A stretch of 64,000 nucleotides of DNA, taken from NCBI GenBank assembly GCA_041690135.1, contig JAWLHY010000016.1, positions 125,906 through 189,905 of the forward strand, given 5' to 3'. The position numbers and the translations under genes are program-made. The notes under the pieces are model-generated. The model had not been told where the DNA came from, did not search any database, and was given only the letters and a program-made list of their open reading frames with translations. The DNA is from Armatimonadota bacterium. GTDB lineage: Bacteria; Armatimonadota; SYMT01. Within the stretch, counting starts at the first letter, position 1. Every line of letters starts with the position of its first letter. Shown piece after piece: positions 15,694 to 25,200 of this stretch.

Positions 15694-17220
15694 CTATGTT
15701 TGGTAAGCCCGTTCGTCTTCGGAACTGCCGATCTCCAGAAAGTCGACTACGATCGTGCTCCCCTGTCGCGTGACCGCTCCGAGGGCGAGCTCCGGGATCG
15801 GTTCGAATGGAATCGTTCCGCTCAGCGTCACCATTGCCGCCTGGATGGGCGGAAGGTGCACGCCGCGCGGAGGCTTCAGGTCCGTCCAGAAGGCCCGGCC
15901 CTCGTAGATCACGGTTCCCTTGAGTGCCTTGCGTAGTTTCCAGGTGTCCCCCGCGGGGAGTACTTCCTTGACGCGTGCCATCCCCTTGATGATTCCGCGC
16001 TCCCGCAGGATGACTTCCTGGCCCGGCTCCAACAACTCGCCCGCATGCATCGTGGCGGTGACTTTGGCGGTAAACAGGCTTCTTCCCGGCGCGGCCGGGG
16101 TTGCGCGGTACTGGAAGAGCATCCAGAGAGGCGTGCCTGCTTCCGGCGGGACCCCCAGAGTGTCCAACAGGTCGGTCCGTTCCGGCCGCTCCGGCTCGAA
16201 CAGGTAGAAGAGTTGGAACGTGCTCCAGAGACTGCTCGCTCCTTCGTGAGAGCGAAAGAAGAGCTCTTCACCCGTGGAATGGAGTTCCACCGGCATGCGC
16301 GGCGCCGGGCGGAGCTCCGCCTCTTCCGCACGGAAACGCGCATACCGGCCGCGGTCGACCTCGCCGGAGAGGACCGCCTCCATCACGGCGCAACCCGCTT
16401 CGCCGCAGTGCGTGCACCCGGGAAACCGGCATTGAGCGGCGAAGGGGACGGCTTCGGGCAGCAAAGTGGACAGGCGGTCGGACTGAGTGTCGAGCGTGTC
16501 CAGCTCCAGCCAGTCGAACCCTGGCGTATCGGCGATGAGCCCTCCACCGGGCAGCGGATAGAGCCGGGTGACGTTCGTGGTGTGCGGTCCGCGCGGGTTA
16601 TCGGTCCGCCAGCGGCCTACCTTCACTTCCGCCCCCGTGAGCGCCCGGATGAGGCTGGACTTGCCGACGCCCGAACCGCCCCAAAAGAAGGAAAGCTTGC
16701 CCCGCAGGTGCTCACGCAGCGTTTCCAACCCGAGCTCAGCTTCCGCGCTGGCATAGAGGACAGGGATGCCCATCCGCTCATACGGCTGCATCAGGCGCCG
16801 GATCTCCGTCGCGGGCGCGAGGTCCATCTTATTGATGCAGATGGCTGCCGGTAGCGGCACGCCCCGCGCCAGGGCCAGGGCGCGGTCCATCAGCTCAAAG
16901 TGGATGCCGGGATCGCGTGCCGCCGCCACGAACACCACCTGGTCCGGGTTCGCAAGGACCACCTGCTCCTGTCCCCCACCACCCTCCACCCGACGGCGCT
17001 TTCGCTCGCGACCCGATCGGGAAAGCTGGTTCCGTCGCTCCAGGATCCGCTCGACGACCCCGGTGCACTCGTCCACCCGGCGATATTCCACACGATCCCC
17101 CACGACCAGCCGCGCGGCTTCGTGCTTCAAGCGGCCCCGCAACAGGCACGGGAGCGAAGCGCCGTCTTCCAGCACTTCGCACCGGGCTCCATAGACAACA
17201 CTTACAATCCCCACCGGCAT
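15694..17220 (-). CDS. rsgA: Ribosome small subunit-dependent GTPase A (RsgA/EngC) with about 200-aa C-terminal extension
   Basis: OB-fold VGDRV, circularly permuted NKMDL / GGSGVGKSS / HTT / DTPG, Zn motif CRFPGCTHCGEAGC. Confidence 0.9.
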   Translation of the reverse strand: MPVGIVSVVYGARCEVLEDGASLPCLLRGRLKHEAARLVVGDRVEYRRVDECTGVVERILERRNQLSRSGRERKRRRVEGGGGQEQVVLANPDQVVFVAAARDPGIHFELMDRALALARGVPLPAAICINKMDLAPATEIRRLMQPYERMGIPVLYASAEAELGLETLREHLRGKLSFFWGGSGVGKSSLIRALTGAEVKVGRWRTDNPRGPHTTNVTRLYPLPGGGLIADTPGFDWLELDTLDTQSDRLSTLLPEAVPFAAQCRFPGCTHCGEAGCAVMEAVLSGEVDRGRYARFRAEEAELRPAPRMPVELHSTGEELFFRSHEGASSLWSTFQLFYLFEPERPERTDLLDTLGVPPEAGTPLWMLFQYRATPAAPGRSLFTAKVTATMHAGELLEPGQEVILRERGIIKGMARVKEVLPAGDTWKLRKALKGTVIYEGRAFWTDLKPPRGVHLPPIQAAMVTLSGTIPFEPIPELALGAVTRQGSTIVVDFLEIGSSEDERAYQT

Positions 17221-17431
17221 ATTGGTGTGTTACCCCAAAACGACCACGACCGCGCCAGGGCCTCTGCCCCGAATAGATCGCGAAGCCGAAAAGGGCCACC
17301 CCATCGGGCAGCCCTATTCCCCTACCGCAGCAGAGGTGGCCGGTGGTAAACGGATACCGGACATACGAAGCATTCAGTGGAAAGCTGATAGCATTCCGCG
17401 GCCTGCTCGTGGTGAAGCCCGAGGGGGAAGA

Positions 17432-18790
17432 TCAGGACGATCCACCTCCCATGTCTCCGGGTTGTGCGGGGAATCCGCCTTCACCCCCGAAGGGGTTAGC
17501 CGCCGGTGTTTCTCCGCCAAACCCGCCGAACGAACTGCCCGATCCCTTCAGGGGCGATCCGCCTGGGACAGTTCCTCCTTTGCCGCCACCCTTTGTCGGC
17601 GCGGTGGGGAGTGGCTTCCGGGTCGGGACGTACGCCTTGTGGAAACCGCTTCCGACCCGCTGGAGGTTGTTCCCGGCCACCTTGTAGAGCGTGAGCCAGT
17701 AACCGCGCTCGCCCTTCTCATTTACTCCCGGTTCCGCCAGGACGATCATGTTGTCACCGACCCCGATGGTCGTGCTTCCCAGTCCCAACGCCGTTCCGGG
17801 AAGCGAGGGCATCCCCATCATTCCGTAGGCCTCTCCCATAACTCCGGGATACCCGCCGGCCGCAGGCGCAGGCAGCGCAGTCGGAGGCTGAGACGGCCTT
17901 GGCGTAGGAGTGGGCCGAGCCCGCATGTCCGGCGCCACGGCTGTGGGTGCTTCCGGTGCGACCCTGGGAGCAGGCACAGTCGCCATTCCGGGATAGCCGC
18001 TGCCAAAGCGGAAAAGGCCGCCTGTCGCAGGTGCTTCCATTCCTGGATATCCGAACATTCCGGAGTATCCCCCCAGCCCGCGTGCCGTGGGGATTGTCCC
18101 CCACTCACTGCTCCAGGGCGCCAGCGGTCCCTGGAAGACCTCGCGCCGCCCGTCCACTTCCAGCACGGGCCAGGTTTTCAGGAGAATCCCGTTGACCTTT
18201 TGGGGGTCCGGAGCAATCTCGAGGGCTGCCTGGCGGGCGATGGTCTCCAGTACGACGCCCACCGGGACCCGCCGCGCCCGCACGCTGAGGCGGATGTCGG
18301 CCGGCACGTCCTCATCGACCCGAATCTCCCATCCGGCGGCCTTGCTGATCGCCTGCGCCGCCTGGCGTACGGTGGCATCCTTCAGTTCCACCTCGGCAAC
18401 GACGCGGCCCAGAGCCTCGATCCGTTCTTCCCGTTTCGCCTCGCGTTCGACGCTCGCCATGAGCGCCTCCAGCCGCCTCAATTCGCCTTCTGCGCCGTTC
18501 AGTTGCACGAGCGTGGCCTGACCGGCTTCCACCTGGGCCTTCATCAACCGGTACGCCTCTGACGCCGACTTGTGCTCGGCCTCCAGAAGTCTCAGGCGCT
18601 CGCCGGCCGGGATGGGACTGGGAGCGTAAGCACCACCTCTCACGAACCCAAAACGGCTTTCCATCGGGGCTGAACCGCCACTCTCGAAGCCTCCAGTTCC
18701 GCCGGCCTGCGCTTCCGCTGGGCAAGCCGCGGTTCCAACGATCAGCGCCGCCAGCCCCCATCCACACCCCAATCGGATCTGCCGTTTCAT
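17432..18790 (-). CDS. Secreted protein with STN/secretin-N-like domain and Gly/Pro-rich tail
   Basis: Signal peptide; VELKDATVRQAAQAISKAAGWEIRVD..LSVRARRVPVGVVLETI; start overlaps anti-sigma stop. Confidence 0.7.
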   Translation of the reverse strand: MKRQIRLGCGWGLAALIVGTAACPAEAQAGGTGGFESGGSAPMESRFGFVRGGAYAPSPIPAGERLRLLEAEHKSASEAYRLMKAQVEAGQATLVQLNGAEGELRRLEALMASVEREAKREERIEALGRVVAEVELKDATVRQAAQAISKAAGWEIRVDEDVPADIRLSVRARRVPVGVVLETIARQAALEIAPDPQKVNGILLKTWPVLEVDGRREVFQGPLAPWSSEWGTIPTARGLGGYSGMFGYPGMEAPATGGLFRFGSGYPGMATVPAPRVAPEAPTAVAPDMRARPTPTPRPSQPPTALPAPAAGGYPGVMGEAYGMMGMPSLPGTALGLGSTTIGVGDNMIVLAEPGVNEKGERGYWLTLYKVAGNNLQRVGSGFHKAYVPTRKPLPTAPTKGGGKGGTVPGGSPLKGSGSSFGGFGGETPAANPFGGEGGFPAQPGDMGGGSS

Positions 18791-19854
18791 TCCAATTTCT
18801 CCTTCCAGAAGCCCCATAAGCGTTCCTCATCCAGGGACACCAACAGCAACTCCGCCATGGGCCGCTCGGTGGTCACGAGGGCCTGTTTCCAAAGAGTGCG
18901 TCCGGACGGCTCCGACCAGTAAGCCGCGGCGCGCGCCACTCCCGGGGTATCTTCTCCCGCTCGTTTCACCTCTACCGTAATCGCCGGAACCTCGGGCGCG
19001 TTGCTCACCTTGACTTCAAGTCCAGCCTGCAGGGCGGCGCCGGCGGCGATTTGAGCGCGCACCTGCTGGTCATCCAGAAGCGTCACTTCCGCCGGCTGGG
19101 AGGTGGTGTCCAGGACCAGTAGTTCTCCCGCGGAATGCGTTGCCGTCTCCTCCGGCCGCCACTCGAGCCGGTTCTGGGGGTCCGGTTGCACGACCGGCAA
19201 CGGATGAGCGGCAACCGTACGCGTGTGGACGAGCCGCCGCAGTTTTCTCCGCGCCGGACCTCTCCGACCGTGTGTACTCGCCGCCCGCTCAACCTTCACC
19301 AACGCCGGGGAAGTTTGGCGCAAATCGCGGAGCGCCTTCGGCCGGGAAAGCGCGGACACATCCGGGCAGACAGCGGATCCAGGAGACGGCCGGGAAGACG
19401 ATCTGGAGGACGGAGCGGCCGCAGGGGTCTCGGAAGCGGGACCCTGGCGGTGAGGTCCATTCAGTGCCATTGCGACGGCACTTTCCCGTTCCGGGAGTTC
19501 CGGAGAGGTGGATCGGGCTCCGAATGCCGCGAACAGGCACACGACCGTCACCGTGGCCGCCCCGGCGAGAAGCGGCCAACGCCGCCGCTCCCGGCGCGCA
19601 AGAACGCCGGAATCCGCCAGGGCCCGGGCAAAGAGTTCCTGGGAAACGTCTTCCGGTAGGCACGCGACCGTGGGACGGGCATCCCGGAGGCGGCGGTCGG
19701 CTTCCTCCAGTTCCCGGAGTTCCCCAGCGCAAATCTCGCAAATGGCGGCATGCTCTTCGACCCGGTGCCGGGCAGCGGGATCGAGGTCGTCCGCATGGTG
19801 CGCGGTCAGCGTCCGCCGCATGCGGAAGAAATGGATAGAGCGGTTGAGGTTCAT
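18787..19854 (-). CDS. Zinc-finger (zf-HC2) transmembrane anti-sigma factor
   Basis: HAAICEIC (HxxxCxxC), one TM helix, coupled to the ECF sigma gene. Confidence 0.8.
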   Translation of the reverse strand: MNLNRSIHFFRMRRTLTAHHADDLDPAARHRVEEHAAICEICAGELRELEEADRRLRDARPTVACLPEDVSQELFARALADSGVLARRERRRWPLLAGAATVTVVCLFAAFGARSTSPELPERESAVAMALNGPHRQGPASETPAAAPSSRSSSRPSPGSAVCPDVSALSRPKALRDLRQTSPALVKVERAASTHGRRGPARRKLRRLVHTRTVAAHPLPVVQPDPQNRLEWRPEETATHSAGELLVLDTTSQPAEVTLLDDQQVRAQIAAGAALQAGLEVKVSNAPEVPAITVEVKRAGEDTPGVARAAAYWSEPSGRTLWKQALVTTERPMAELLLVSLDEERLWGFWKEKLE

Positions 19855-20405
19855 CCTGCCCCCTCATAGCACTTCCGGAACTCCGCGCGAGCCCGGTGGA
19901 GACGCATCTTTACGGCGGGAAGGGAGACCCCCAGGACCTGCGCGATCTCCGGTCCGCTGAGGCCTTCCCAGAACTGCAGCACCAGCACGACGCGGTGCTC
20001 TTCACTCAACTGCGCCAGCGCCGCGCGTACCGCGACCCCTTCGACTACGGCCGGCGACCGGTCCGCCACATCGGCGGTGAACTCCGTCAGTTCCAGCGTT
20101 TCCCGGCGCTTCCGAAGCAGTCCCAACGCTTCGTTGACCGCGATGCGATAGACCCAGGTCTTGAGGGCGCTGTCACCCCGAAACCGGGGGAGTTCCCTGA
20201 AGGCGCGGACAAAGGCCGCCTGGGTGGCATCTTCGGCGTCTTCGGCGCGTCCGGTGAGGCGGAAGCAGAGGGAGTAGACCAGGTCGCGATAGGTGCTGTA
20301 AAACCGTTCCAGCGCCCAGGGCTCGCTGCGCCGCGCCGCGGCTACCCAGGATTCTTCGGCGCATCTATTCCGGCGTAGCCATAGCGCACAGAACGCGGTT
20401 TCCAC
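19851..20405 (-). CDS. ECF RNA polymerase sigma-70 family factor
   Basis: DAEDATQAAFVRAF, TWVYRIAVN, region 4 EIAQVLGVSLPAVKMRLHRAR. Confidence 0.93.
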   Translation of the reverse strand: METAFCALWLRRNRCAEESWVAAARRSEPWALERFYSTYRDLVYSLCFRLTGRAEDAEDATQAAFVRAFRELPRFRGDSALKTWVYRIAVNEALGLLRKRRETLELTEFTADVADRSPAVVEGVAVRAALAQLSEEHRVVLVLQFWEGLSGPEIAQVLGVSLPAVKMRLHRARAEFRKCYEGAG

Positions 20406-20544
20406 TCGCCCTCTCCTCGCACGGGAAAGTTGGCCGTATCAGCAAGCGCCAGGTGGTCCGGACGCCGGGCGACGGCCCTTCATTCCCTTTGATGGATGGA
20501 GAGCGTGAATGGTCACGGGTGAGCGACCCGGTTTTTTCGGAAGG

Positions 20545-21348
20545 CTAGGAAGCGGGGGCCGGCGCAGTCCGCCGCGGCTCCCCTTCGCCTTGTGGGGCGG
20601 GAGAGGCGTGCTTCTGTAACCAGAACCACCAGACGACCGAAAGGCCGATGACCAGAAAGGAAAAGGCCTGGGCTTCCGTCAGTCCGAACGCAAAGACGTC
20701 GGCCGTAACTCCCTTGCGGAGCGCTTCGATCGCGAAGCGATAGACGGAATACCCTCCCAGGTACAGGGCCAGGATTTGACCGTTTCGGTGCGGTCGTAGG
20801 TAGGCCCGCGCCAGCAGGGCCGCCAGCACCAGGTTGATGCCCAGCGCATACAACTGCGTGGGATGGTAGTGAAGCCCCACCTGCCCCTCCCGGAACGGCA
20901 TTCCCCAGGGTAGGTCGGTCGGAACCCCGTAGCAGCAGCCGTTGAGGAAGCAGCCCACCCGGCCGATGGCATATCCCAGGGCGAGCCCCGGACCGGCAGC
21001 ATCCGCCATCGCCAGGATCGGGATTCTCCGCCACCGCATGTACAGGGAGCCGGAGATGATCCCCGCCGCCGCGCCCCCGTGGAACGACATGCCGCCTTGC
21101 CAGATGGCGCCGATATGGCTCACGTCCCGTGAGAAGGTCTCCCAGTTCAGCAGCACAAAGAGGAGGCGTGCCCCGAGGATGCTGGAGAAGAGGATCACCA
21201 CGGCGGCGTCGAGGAAGGCCTCCCCCGGCAGGCCGCGCTTCCGGGCCAGGTTGGCGGAGAGATAGGAGCCGGCGATGAACCCGAGCACGACCATCAGGCC
21301 GAAGGAATAGAGCTTGATTGGACCGAGTTCGAAAATTATGGGATGCAT
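20545..21348 (-). CDS. lgt: Prolipoprotein diacylglyceryl transferase
   Basis: GARL, GGMSFHGG, IGRVGCFLNGCCYG, HPTQLY, RFAIEALR. Confidence 0.95.
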   Translation of the reverse strand: MHPIIFELGPIKLYSFGLMVVLGFIAGSYLSANLARKRGLPGEAFLDAAVVILFSSILGARLLFVLLNWETFSRDVSHIGAIWQGGMSFHGGAAAGIISGSLYMRWRRIPILAMADAAGPGLALGYAIGRVGCFLNGCCYGVPTDLPWGMPFREGQVGLHYHPTQLYALGINLVLAALLARAYLRPHRNGQILALYLGGYSVYRFAIEALRKGVTADVFAFGLTEAQAFSFLVIGLSVVWWFWLQKHASPAPQGEGEPRRTAPAPAS

Positions 21349-21395
21349 AACTTAAATATTGCGTGCTGCGTATTGCGTGCTCGAACCGCCTTGCC

Positions 21396-21944
21396 TCAGT
21401 GGCCGGGCAGGTCGGTGGCTCCGTGATCTTCTCTCGGGCTGGGGCACGCCGTAGGCGTGTCCTCGGTGGCTCTAGCTTCCTCCGCAGGCTGGAGAAAAAG
21501 GAAGTAGACCATCAGGCAGACCGCGCCCACAGAGATGGCGCTGTCCGCAATATTGAATACGGGCCACTGGAACCAGTCGTTGACGTCGATGAAGTCGATC
21601 ACCTTGCCGAGGCGGAGGCGGTCGATCATGTTGCCGATAGCCCCCCCGAAAGGCAACGACAAACCGAGAACCAGCAAAGGATGGACCGGCTCACCGCCCT
21701 CCAACAGCCGGTGACGGTAGATCAGGATTCCGGCCACGGCCGCCAGGCCGGCAAGGGCCAACAGCGGTCCCGCGCCCCGAAGTTGACCGAAAGCCATTCC
21801 GGTGTTGTAGACGTGGGTGAAGGAAAGGAACCCCGGCAAGACGGATACCGTGCCCCGCGGGGCCAGCCAGGTCTCGGCCGCGTACTTGGTCCACTGGTCG
21901 ATTCCCACCACCAGGACCGCGATGATCCAGAACCCTATCCGCAA
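21396..21944 (-). CDS. lspA: Lipoprotein signal peptidase (signal peptidase II)
   Basis: DQWTK, NTGMAFG, GGAIGNMIDR, VIDFI, FNIADS; probable TTG start at 21944. Confidence 0.93.
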   Translation of the reverse strand: MRIGFWIIAVLVVGIDQWTKYAAETWLAPRGTVSVLPGFLSFTHVYNTGMAFGQLRGAGPLLALAGLAAVAGILIYRHRLLEGGEPVHPLLVLGLSLPFGGAIGNMIDRLRLGKVIDFIDVNDWFQWPVFNIADSAISVGAVCLMVYFLFLQPAEEARATEDTPTACPSPREDHGATDLPGH

Positions 21945-22252
21945 ATCGGCGCCTTCATTTCCCGAGATAAGGGGAGGCAGAATCCCAGGCCTCCCGTTCA
22001 TCCTCATCGAGTGGGATGAGGAATGTCAAGTAAGGGAACCCCATTAGATCCATCGGAAGTAGCAGCCGTTCCTCTCGGACTTGCGAGCTAAGATGGAGAG
22101 CTCCCGGCTCACGTGCGGAGCCTGGAGCCCACGGCTGTATGCACCGGGCGCCGGGATCGCGCACCTTAGCACCTGGCGCAAACCGCCGCTCCGAGTATTC
22201 CGCGCCGGTTCTCGATGTTTTCGCGTCGCTTTCCGAGTGTCACTGGTCGCCA

Positions 22253-25200
22253 ATGAGACTACCCTACGCCTTCCGTGTCATCCTGGTTACGCTGCTGCTC
22301 CCGCTTCTCTTTACGGCACTCCTCGCCCGTCAGGGAACTGCGGGGGTGACCGCCAGCATTTTGCTGGTTACCAATTCGGCCGACTCCGGGCCGGGATCTT
22401 TCCGGGACGCACTTAACCAGTCGAACCAGCTCGCGGGTCATCAGCAGATCCACTTCGCTATCGACGGGGCAGGACCCCATGTGATCACGCCCGTGGACCC
22501 CCTTCCGGACGTCGTGGATCCGGTGAGCATCGACGGATATACCCAGCCCGGCGCCGTAGTGAATACCGACCCAAACGCGGTGACTGCCAGCCTGAAGGTG
22601 CAGATCAGCGGAACGAACATCAACGAAGGTTCGGGGCTGACCCTCCTCGCGGGGGACTGCGACATTCGCGGCCTTTGCATTACCGGCTTCACCTTCGGCC
22701 AGGGAATCCTCATCACCGAAGGCGGCAATAACGTCATCCGGGGCTGTTTCCTGGGAATGAACCCGGACGGTGGGCAGCCGTCTACCAGCACCAACACGAC
22801 GGGCGTCGTCATCGACAGTTCCTCCGGCAACCGCATCGGGGGGACCCTGCCAGAAGACCGCAACCTGATTTCCGGACAGAAGGGCGCATTCGGGGAACCC
22901 GGTTACGGCGTGGTGGTTGCCGGGTTCTCGTCGGCGGGCAACGTGATCGAGGGCAACCTCATCGGGCCCACCCGGACGGGGGCCAACTCGATCCTGAATG
23001 ACCAGATCGGGATCTTCATCTCCAACGCGCCGGAGACCCGGATCGGTGGAACCCAACCCGGTAGCCGGAACCTGATTTCCGGAAACGACGATACCGGAAT
23101 TCGCATCGAAGGGCCGGGTGCAACCGACACGCTGGTCCAGGGGAATTTCATCGGCACGGACGTGACGGGCGCATATCCCGTTCCCAACTTCGGGCACGGA
23201 ATCCACATGCTGGACGGCGCCAGCCGCACCGTTGTCGGGGGAGCCACGGCGGAGGCGCGGAACGTCATTTCCGGCAACGCGGATTGGGGCGTCTACATCG
23301 AATCGTTCGAGTCGCAGAGTGATAGCACGGTGATCCAGGGCAACTATATCGGCACCGATAGCGAGGGCGCGGAGGCGGCGCTCAACGGCCAGGGCGGTGT
23401 TTTCGTGCTCGACAGTCCCTACACACAGATCGGTGGTCCCTACCCAGGCGAGGGCAACACCATTTCCGGCAACGGCGCGATCCTGGGCGCGGGTATCCAC
23501 CTGGAAGGCACCGGCACGGTTTCCACCTACATCCAGGGGAACCGGATCGGCACGGACGCGACGGGCACGCAGCCGCTGGGTAATGTGGGCGAGGGCATCC
23601 GGATCAACTCGGCCAGCGATACGCAGGTCGGGGCAACCAGCATCCCACCCACCTCCGCCCTCGGGCGCCAGTCTTCCTACACACCCGGGAACATCATCGG
23701 GGCGAATGGCGCGGGGATCATCATCTACGCGCTGGCGGGCGGCACGCCGTTCAATAACCGGATCGAGGGCAACTTCATCGGCACGGACGCGACAGGATCT
23801 CTGAACCTCGGAAACGGAACCGTTGGAATTGAGATCCGCAATGGCGAAAGCAATCCCGTGGGCGGTGTGCTCCCCGGCGCGGGCAATACCATCGCCTTCA
23901 ACGGAGAGGCTGGAGTGGCGATCAGCCAGAGTTCCCGCTTCAACCCCATCCTGGGCAACCGCTTCTACGCCAACGGTTCCATCGGCATTGACCTGTCATT
24001 GGGTCAACTCCTGCAGAACGGGCCTACCGCCAACGACCCGGGCGACATCGACAACGGGCCGAACGACCTGCAGAACTTTCCGGTCCTGACCGGCGTGCAG
24101 AAGGGCACTTCGACGGTCATCGACGGAACACTCGACAGCAAGCCATTGGAAACGTTCCGCATCGAGTTCTTCAGCAGCGACACCCTGGACCCGTCCGGCT
24201 TTGGTGAAGGGCAGCGCTACCTCGGTGCCACCAACGTCACCACGGACAGTAGCGGCATGGCCATCTTCTCCACCTCCCTTCCCGTGCAGTTGGGCTCTAC
24301 GGAAGTGGTCACGGCTACCGCGACCGACTCGCTGCGCAATACGTCCGAGTTCTCCGGCCCTCCCGGTGTAGCGGACACCACGCCCCCGGTCATCGTCGAT
24401 TGTTCGGTCACTCCGCTCCAGTTACCGCGCGCGGGCGGCAGCGTGACCGTACGAGCCACGGTCACGGATAACCAGAAAGTGCAGGACGTGGTGGTCTACT
24501 TCTTGCCTGGAAGCGTCGGGACCGGCGCACGCGCCCCGGGGATACGCCGCAGCATCTCCGCCGCCAGCGCTATCAACACCACCCTGCAGCCCATTGGAGG
24601 GGATGTTTACGAGGGAGCGGTCGTTCTGCCTCCCAACGGCACGCAGGCGGACCAGGTGTACGAGGTTCTGCTGATCGCCAGCGACGTCGCGGGGAACCCG
24701 GACAGTGAGTACTGCGATCCGGTAACGGTCAGCGGAAGCGCGGATACAACTCCCCCCTTCGTCTCCGAATGCGGATTCAACCCCACCCAACTCCCTCAGG
24801 CTGGCGGGAAGATCGATCTCTACGTGGTCGCGACTGACGACACAGCGGTCGCAGTGGTACGCGCCCGCATAGCGCGCCCGAACGGCACCAATACCGTCTT
24901 CGATCTGGTGGCCGGGGCGAACAACCGGTTCACCGGCTCTTTCACGGCGCCCGGCAACTTCTCGGGCTCTCCACAGCAGTACGGGATTTACTTCGAAGCT
25001 TTGGACGCGGGAGGCAACCTAAGGGACGTCACCTGCGGGTTCGCAACGGTGGCGGCTGACCAGACAGCTCCCGCATTCATCCGCTGCGATCTCTCCCCGT
25101 CCGTGCTCTCCTCTCAGGGAGGTACCGTGGCGGTGACCGCGGAGGTAACGGATGACGTCGCCGTGTTCCAGGTGGTAGGCTCCGTGCGCCGTCCGGACAA

